A stretch of 34,186 nucleotides of DNA from Escherichia coli. GTDB lineage: Bacteria > Pseudomonadota > Gammaproteobacteria > Enterobacterales > Enterobacteriaceae. Where the stretch lies: NCBI GenBank assembly GCA_003321845.1, contig GCA_003321845.1_3917.1; one strand, 5' to 3'. The notes under the pieces were generated by a model that was not told the DNA's origin, ran no database searches, and saw only the letters and a program-made list of their open reading frames with translations. Position numbers and translations under genes: made by a program. Positions within the stretch are counted from its first letter, which is position 1; each line of letters opens with the position of its first letter. Of this stretch, positions 28,593-34,186 are shown one piece after another.

Positions 28593-29092
28593 TTTATGAA
28601 GAAAGATACAAAATAGACTATCAAGATACTCGTCATCACACCTCTTTGAGAGTAACCAAACCAAATGGGGATACCGGTATCATAGCACATTTTGGTGGTG
28701 ATTATTGGTACGGTACAGGTTGCTTTGAAGGCTACACTCAAGAATACTTGAAAGCTTTCTACAGAGACTTTACAAATGACTACAACAGGGTTGTTGACGA
28801 AAAGAATAAGTGCATTAAGCATGAACACCATGCCAGAGGTTGTTTAAGTACGGTAATGGTACTGGCATTTTTCCTAGCAACATTACTGGCAGTATCAGCA
28901 ATCAGTTCCATAGCTCAAGACTTAACCATTACACAGATTACTGCAAAGGTATATGATGTTTGGTACTTGTATGCTGTCCCTTTAGTTGGTATTATCATCG
29001 CACTAATGAGATTCAGAGTTCATAAGAAACGGCTTAAGGACTCTGAGGTTAAACTTGAAGAGGTAAGTAAAGAATGCAACCTACAATTATAG
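28559..29092 (+). CDS. Putative membrane protein (two predicted transmembrane helices)
   Basis: 177 aa; soluble N-terminal domain, then hydrophobic segments VMVLAFFLATLLAVSAISSIA and VWYLYAVPLVGIIIALMRF, then a charged tail. Confidence 0.55.
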   Translation: MEQTIERDWKMIYEERYKIDYQDTRHHTSLRVTKPNGDTGIIAHFGGDYWYGTGCFEGYTQEYLKAFYRDFTNDYNRVVDEKNKCIKHEHHARGCLSTVMVLAFFLATLLAVSAISSIAQDLTITQITAKVYDVWYLYAVPLVGIIIALMRFRVHKKRLKDSEVKLEEVSKECNLQL

Positions 29093-29168
29093 CTGTATGT
29101 GTTCGTTTTGCAATCGCTGAAATGATTAACAAGGCAATCTTAAAAGATGCCTATGGAGAAACTAAGTA

Positions 29169-29393
29169 ATGATTAAGACACCTGTACCAATTTTTGGATT
29201 TCCTTCTATTGAAGAGTTCAAAGTTTATCTTGACAAAAACTTCTACAATGAGCAGCCTGTTACTTTGCTGAAGAGTGACTTATCAGAGCTTCTTGATATG
29301 GTTATCAAGGCAACTTCTGAGAAGGAACCTGAGCAGAAAGCTGAGAAGAAGACTAGTAAGAAATCCGATAAGAAGACTGAAAAGTCTGAGTAG
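29169..29393 (+). CDS. Small protein with Lys/Glu-rich tail
   Basis: 74-aa ORF with GGAG upstream; C-terminus EKEPEQKAEKKTSKKSDKKTEKSE. Confidence 0.5.
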   Translation: MIKTPVPIFGFPSIEEFKVYLDKNFYNEQPVTLLKSDLSELLDMVIKATSEKEPEQKAEKKTSKKSDKKTEKSE

Positions 29394-29446
29394 TAGCTTG
29401 AGGGGTTATTTGATAGCCCCTTTGTAGAAACTTAGAAGGTAGCGAA

Positions 29447-29869
29447 ATGAAAGAGCTTATTGGTAAAAGATTGACAGTTTACTGCTCTAAAACAAAGAAA
29501 CCACTCACTTCTGTGAAAGTCTTTGATGTTGACACCACTGGTGTAGAGTACCCAATCCAATGCACAATAGTTACTCCATTCAATGTAGATGATATGGATT
29601 TTAAAGAGTGTGAAGTGATATCTTTTAATGCTGATGGGTATTGGAGTGGTAAGTTAAACAAGCAATCAAAAGATTTTGATATGCAAATCTTCATCAATGA
29701 AGGCTATATCGGTGTAAAAGATATCATCGTAGAAGCCTATGAAGAAGGTATAATAGATGTTGTGCATGATGTTGAAGAAGCTTTAAAGCTCATTATGCCA
29801 CATTTAGAATCTGGAAAGCTGACTTTAGAGATGCTTAATAGGGTTATTCGGAGAGCTTATGAAAATTAA
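29447..29869 (+). CDS. Hypothetical protein
   Basis: 140-aa ORF with a purine-rich ribosome-binding site. Confidence 0.55.
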   Translation: MKELIGKRLTVYCSKTKKPLTSVKVFDVDTTGVEYPIQCTIVTPFNVDDMDFKECEVISFNADGYWSGKLNKQSKDFDMQIFINEGYIGVKDIIVEAYEEGIIDVVHDVEEALKLIMPHLESGKLTLEMLNRVIRRAYEN

Positions 29870-30323
29870 AGAAGTAGTCCAAAAAGCAATGCTTGACAAT
29901 TCAACTAAACATGAAATGTACATAGAGATTTGTGATAAGTTGAATTGTTCAAGACATGCTGCTAAGGTTCTTGTACATTGTTTTATCTGGGAATGCTCAG
30001 AGGCTTATATGCAACATGTAGCTTTTGATAGTTCTCACTTACTAGGTGATGTAGAAGCTGGTGAGAAGCTAAAAGAACCTGAGATGAAAACAGTCCCTAA
30101 AGTTGGTAATGTATACCCTCTTAAAGATTTTAAGACTGGAAAGATTGTTGCAAAAGGTGTAGTAGAATCTGTTTATCACGATGGTAAATACTTACTTAAA
30201 ATATTTGAGTATGATAGTCAATACACACACTTATGTGGGATTACATTCTTAGTAACAGAAGAAGACCTCATTAAGAACAACGGCAACAAGTTTGCAGTAC
30301 CAGCTTACCAAGTTTTACAATAA
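29859..30323 (+). CDS. Hypothetical protein
   Basis: 154-aa ORF overlapping the upstream gene. Confidence 0.55.
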   Translation: MKIKEVVQKAMLDNSTKHEMYIEICDKLNCSRHAAKVLVHCFIWECSEAYMQHVAFDSSHLLGDVEAGEKLKEPEMKTVPKVGNVYPLKDFKTGKIVAKGVVESVYHDGKYLLKIFEYDSQYTHLCGITFLVTEEDLIKNNGNKFAVPAYQVLQ

Positions 30324-30885
30324 CGGTGTGATAGATATGAAAAAAGATAACTTAAAAGAAGTTGAAGGTAACTATCTAGTCCTTGACTGGAATGATATTC
30401 GGGAAGGACTCTCCGAAGAAAATTTTGACTGGTTCCAACAAATTATCTTTGCAGTACGGCATAACAGAGAAGTTGAAAATGGTAAAGAGCCATTAGAAGG
30501 AATCTTTGTAGAAAGGTCTTATCCGTTCTATGAAGACACTTTGCAGAAAGTTAAGATGTACTTTAGACAGAAGAACCGTAAAGTGGTCACTATGGTCTCT
30601 CTTGGTGGACAGAGTATGTCTGTGATGGAAGATATCAACCCTAAGAGACCGAGTAAAGGTGTTTGTATAAAAATCACAGGTCATGAAGAGTATATCTCAG
30701 TGGATGACTTTAGAGCATTCTGTAGTGGTTCTTGTGTCTTTAATGGTTTTCACTATGATATCCGAGTTTACCCAATCAAGGGAGATGATATTATGATGCA
30801 GGTATTTGATAACAATAATGGGTTTACTCATTTTTATCAGACAACCAAGTCATCATTAAAAACAGTTCTGGAAACACTGATTTAA
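30292..30885 (+). CDS. Hypothetical protein (start uncertain; alternative ATG near 30337)
   Basis: 197-aa ORF, last gene of the plus-strand operon; overlaps the upstream gene by ~32 nt. Confidence 0.5.
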   Translation: MQYQLTKFYNNGVIDMKKDNLKEVEGNYLVLDWNDIREGLSEENFDWFQQIIFAVRHNREVENGKEPLEGIFVERSYPFYEDTLQKVKMYFRQKNRKVVTMVSLGGQSMSVMEDINPKRPSKGVCIKITGHEEYISVDDFRAFCSGSCVFNGFHYDIRVYPIKGDDIMMQVFDNNNGFTHFYQTTKSSLKTVLETLI

Positions 30886-30895
30886 AATATCTTAA

Positions 30896-30925
30896 GAGCC
30901 TCCTTAATCGGGGGGCTTTTTAATT
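30896..30925 (+). terminator. Intrinsic terminator at the end of the plus-strand operon
   Basis: agcctcc-ttaatcg-gggggct stem-loop followed by tttttaattttt. Confidence 0.55.
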
Positions 30926-32490
30926 TTTATAAAATTTTATCGGTTGTCCCAACCTCTGGGTCACCATCATATGTGAATAAAATATCTACCCTTCTTAACA
31001 ACCTTCTTAATCTTACTCTCTATATAGTTATATAGTACTATATAGTATCTTAGTATCTATCTAGTGGTCTTAATAGCCCCTCTGTATAGCCCTTCTAAAC
31101 ACTCTTCTAACAAGCCTTCTTAACAACCTATACAATCACCTTAACCATTCCTCTACACACTCTTAGAAGCTCCTATACACCTCTTAATCTCTAGGTAAGC
31201 TATGATACCCTCTATAGGTGTTCACTAGGGAATACTAAGCCTCTATATAGACTGTTTTAACAAACTTAACAGGAATATCTTTACAGACCTTATCTCACAA
31301 GGTCTAACACGGTACTAACAAGGTATCTTATAAGCCTGTTTATGCCTGTATTTTTAAAAGACTGTCTAGGTAATTATTCAGAATTTTAAAATTTTTATAA
31401 AATAGGACTATCAAGTCATTTTTTAGGGTCTTTGAAGGAACTGAAAAATATCTGTAGAGTTGATTCGGTAGAATCTACCTCATGATGTATATCTGCTTGG
31501 TAGCCCTTAACATCCCTGTAACATCCCCTTTGCAGAATTTTAAAATATCCTTAACAATCTCTTAACAACTCTCTCAACCTCTTAACATCTCTTCAGAGGT
31601 CTTAACAGACTCTTAACAGAACTAACAAGGCTGTAACAAGTTCTTAACAGTCGATACATGGTCTTTACAGAAGCTTAACAGATGACTAACAAGAACTAAC
31701 AAGTTAATTTTTAAGAGTTATTTTGTTAAGATAATTAACAAGTTCCTAACAAGTGTTTAATCTTTTTAACAAGCTGTTAACACGGTCACTATCTCTTTCT
31801 TATCGTTCCCTTTCCCCTCTTAGTGATTCTCTAAACATACCTCTTAAAAGCTCTCTATAGCTCCTTGTAAGCTCTTTTAAGCCTCTTCCTAGTAATTACA
31901 CCCCAACTGTACAGATACCTTTTTATAGGGCTTTACAGAAGCTTTAAAGGCTATGTCAAAGACTCTTACAAGGCTTTTACGTGGTCTTAACAGAGATTTA
32001 ACAAGGGGCTAACAAGTTGCTAACAAGTGCCTTAAAAGCATAACTATGTAGGGATTGTTAAGAAATTGTTAAGAAAATGTTAAGGGGGCTAGCATTTACG
32101 TAACTTTATAGCCTCTTTCACGTAACTTTGAAGTAACTTTATAGCCCCTAAAACATACTTTTAAGACACAAACAAGCCCTTTTTAGATATTCACAAGATA
32201 ACTAACGAGATGATAAAGCTTACACCCTTATAAGATTCTTTTAAGGCTGTAGGAAGCTTTATAAAGAGCTTTTAAGGGTGAGTTAATGCAATCCCTTAAG
32301 TTAGGTTGATAAGGCTGTTATAGAACTTTATAGAGCGTTTAAACGGTTGCCCTTCCCTTTCGGGTTATGGGCTTATATTTAAGTTGATTTGATAAGAGTT
32401 TATAGAGTAGACTATAGAGTTATTGCTTTTAAGGTCTGGTAAGATTCTAGGGAGGAAAGGAAAGGGATTGTATAGAGGCTATTACATAGA
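30926..32490. repeat. ORF-free 1.6-kb iteron region (putative replication origin or regulatory hub)
   Basis: No ORF of 60 aa or more on either strand. Dozens of CTTAACA(A/G) / CTAACAAG repeats at ~10-12-bp phasing (densest ~31540-31790 and ~31980-32030), inverted copies TTGTTAAG x3 (~32055-32085), TATATAGT x3 (~31020-31050) and GTAACTTTA x3 (~32100-32150). Confidence 0.7.
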
Positions 32491-32491
32491 C

Positions 32492-32520
32492 GTAAAAAAG
32501 CCCCTATGAGAAGGAGCTTT
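32492..32520 (-). terminator. Intrinsic terminator downstream of the minus-strand small-gene cluster
   Basis: Minus strand reads AGCUCC-UUCUCAUA-GGGGCU followed by a U6 run (plus-strand aaaaaa at ~32494-32499). A second perfect hairpin ggggc-tattt-gcccc lies at ~32531-32545. Confidence 0.5.
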
Positions 32521-32555
32521 AAAGGTATCTGGGGCTATTTGCCCCGTTGCGTCGA

Positions 32556-32804
32556 TTAGTTGTAACCTTGTTTATTGTAGTACAGGGAGACAATCAAGTC
32601 ACCCCAGTAATGATAGTGATGCTCGTCGTTTAATGCCTCCTTTACAGCGTCTTTCCAGAAGTCATCAGTAGGGTTATAATCTGGGATAACTTGCTTGATA
32701 ACTGTCTTCACTAATGAAAAGCATTCATCAGTTCCACCGATATCAAATTTAACGTCCAGAGTATAACAGCCATAAGCATTGACAGTTGCGCGGATAGTTG
32801 CCAT
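32556..32804 (-). CDS. Hypothetical protein
   Basis: 82-aa ORF immediately preceded by the conserved leader box. Confidence 0.55.
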   Translation of the reverse strand: MATIRATVNAYGCYTLDVKFDIGGTDECFSLVKTVIKQVIPDYNPTDDFWKDAVKEALNDEHHYHYWGDLIVSLYYNKQGYN

Positions 32805-32828
32805 TTTTTGAATCTCCAGTTTAGGATT
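32805..32828 (-). promoter_or_regulatory. Conserved leader box, copy 1 (minus strand ATCCTAAACTGGAGATTCAAAAA-ATG)
   Basis: Identical ~23-nt sequence immediately upstream of three different start codons; contains the GGAG ribosome-binding site. Confidence 0.6.
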
Positions 32829-32893
32829 TTACTTAGTGGGGAAGGTCATTCCCTCCCCGTTGATTAGTAATTTACTTGTTTTAAAAACCAAAA

Positions 32894-33226
32894 TCAAGAG
32901 AAATTTTTTCGTTTGTTCAGTTCTTGGACAATTACAGTGTAATAGTCTTTTAAGTCACTGATATTTAAAGCATTTATCAGAGAGTTATAATCATCGACAA
33001 GCTGGAAATCATCTTTAAAAATGTCACTGATTTGATAAGTTCTCGATTTAAATCTGAAGCTCATTTCTAGCCGCTTTATTTGCTCATCACTTAAACGCTC
33101 TAGAAAGCTTATTACAAGGCTATTATTAACCTGTTGGGTGATTGCCTTACTTGCCAGATTATAGGCACTATAAGCCTTGTATAGTGCTATAATGGCGATG
33201 ATTGCAGTGATACCCATCATTAACAT
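32894..33226 (-). CDS. Hypothetical protein with N-terminal hydrophobic segment
   Basis: 110-aa ORF; N-terminus MLMMGITAIIAIIALYKAY looks like a membrane anchor or signal; start overlaps the upstream gene. Confidence 0.55.
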   Translation of the reverse strand: MLMMGITAIIAIIALYKAYSAYNLASKAITQQVNNSLVISFLERLSDEQIKRLEMSFRFKSRTYQISDIFKDDFQLVDDYNSLINALNISDLKDYYTVIVQELNKRKNFS

Positions 33227-33516
33227 AGTGCTTCCTCTTTGCGTGACACTTTGCCATTTACAGTTATCTCATAAGAATCTAGTAAATCACTTTCAGACTT
33301 AACAGGACTTTTACAAGTATCATCATAAACATTAATTTGCAATACAGGCTTTTTATACTCCCTGCAACTATTCCATAAGCAAATCACTACACGACGGCCT
33401 TTTATTTTGCCGTGTAACCATTCCATAACATCATGACTATTTCTTGATATCTCGATAAAATCAATTTTGTTGAGTAACTTGCTTAGGTTTTCGCGGACTT
33501 TATTTGATAATTTCAT
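33220..33516 (-). CDS. Hypothetical Cys-containing small protein
   Basis: 98-aa ORF preceded by the conserved leader box. Confidence 0.55.
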   Translation of the reverse strand: MKLSNKVRENLSKLLNKIDFIEISRNSHDVMEWLHGKIKGRRVVICLWNSCREYKKPVLQINVYDDTCKSPVKSESDLLDSYEITVNGKVSRKEEALC

Positions 33517-33570
33517 TTTTGAATCTCCAGTTTAGGATAGTTGATAAATCTCTTTATCTGGGGCTATCTT
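33517..33570 (-). promoter_or_regulatory. Conserved leader box, copy 2, plus upstream box AGCCCCAGATAAAGAG
   Basis: Plus strand ttttgaatctccagtttaggat ... ctctttatctggggct; the same two boxes recur at 34116-34160. Confidence 0.6.
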
Positions 33571-33707
33571 AACAGCTTGATAACCCCGTGTAAAGAAATC
33601 TATTTAGTTCTTAAAGATATTCATCACTGAATCTTTTAATGCTTCCAAGCGTTCTAATACTTCAGATTCTGCGTCTGCGTTGTTCACTTCCTCTTTTAGT
33701 CTACCAT

Positions 33708-34115
33708 CTAAATCATCGCCGTCACTGTAGCACCAATCGAAAGCGTAACCAATATAAAACTCTCTAAAACCGTGTTACCGTTTGTATCGACAACTTTCGC
33801 GGAGATGTTATATTCTGAAGCCTCTAAATCTCTTTCTAGTTCTTTCTGTAAGCTGATGTAAGCCTCTTTTGATGGGTTTTCCCGGCCTTGTTTTGCATAG
33901 TCACTTGAAAGCTGTTTAAGGCTGTAATGTAAAGGGATTGCATATTTAAATTCATTACGCTGACAGTTATGATTTTTAACAGTCACACCGCCTTGATGGT
34001 CATTTGTAAATTCCCAATTATCAAGATTATGGCTTGCTTCAAAGCAATTAACAGCTTCGTAAATGATGGAAAATTTTTCTTTTACAACTTCAAAGGTAGC
34101 GTCTACAGTTTTCAT
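33708..34115 (-). CDS. Hypothetical protein
   Basis: 135-aa ORF preceded by the conserved leader box. Confidence 0.55.
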   Translation of the reverse strand: MKTVDATFEVVKEKFSIIYEAVNCFEASHNLDNWEFTNDHQGGVTVKNHNCQRNEFKYAIPLHYSLKQLSSDYAKQGRENPSKEAYISLQKELERDLEASEYNISAKVVDTNGNTVLESFILVTLSIGATVTAMI

Positions 34116-34165
34116 TTTTGAATCTCCAGTTTAGGATTTAGTGGTAAAGCTCTTTATCTGGGGCT
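34116..34165 (-). promoter_or_regulatory. Conserved leader box, copy 3, plus upstream box AGCCCCAGATAAAGAG
   Basis: Plus strand ttttgaatctccagtttaggat ttagtggtaaag ctctttatctggggct; near-identical to copy 2 with a variable 11-12-nt linker. Confidence 0.6.
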
Positions 34166-34186
34166 TACTTTACCGAACTATAAGCC

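Noticed and set aside
30926-32490. Possible CRISPR array in the repeat-rich region
   Set aside because: Repeats are short (7-9 bp), degenerate, irregularly spaced at about one helical turn and occur in both orientations; there are no 25-40-bp direct repeats separated by unique spacers, and no cas genes nearby.

Overview
This window reads as a tailed-phage (or prophage) genome segment, AT-rich, with four parts. (1) 1-15.6 kb, minus strand: a tightly packed virion module in the order large terminase, portal, S49 protease/scaffold fusion, decoration-like protein, major capsid, four head-tail connector ORFs, putative sheath and tube, chaperones, tape measure and distal tail proteins. This is a lambda-like head module joined to what looks like a contractile-tail module. 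(2) 15.8-20.2 kb, minus strand: a dense array of about 24 tRNA genes plus tRNA-like elements, interrupted by one protein gene, structured repeated spacers and tRNA-free inserts, followed upstream by a vWA/MIDAS protein gene and a small basic protein. (3) 22.4-30.9 kb, plus strand: an operon of mostly small ORFs of unknown function, including a lysozyme and a four-repeat Ig-like protein. (4) 30.9-32.5 kb: a 1.6-kb ORF-free region saturated with phased TTAACAA/TAACAAG-type iterons in both orientations, followed by minus-strand small genes that each carry the same ~23-nt leader box. All functional calls are inferred from motifs and gene order read by eye; no searches were run. Hand-derived coordinates (tRNAs, hairpins, promoters) are approximate to about +/-2 nt. 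The strongest candidates for new biology are the iteron region, the vWA protein next to the tRNA array with atypical tRNA-like elements, and the conserved leader boxes.
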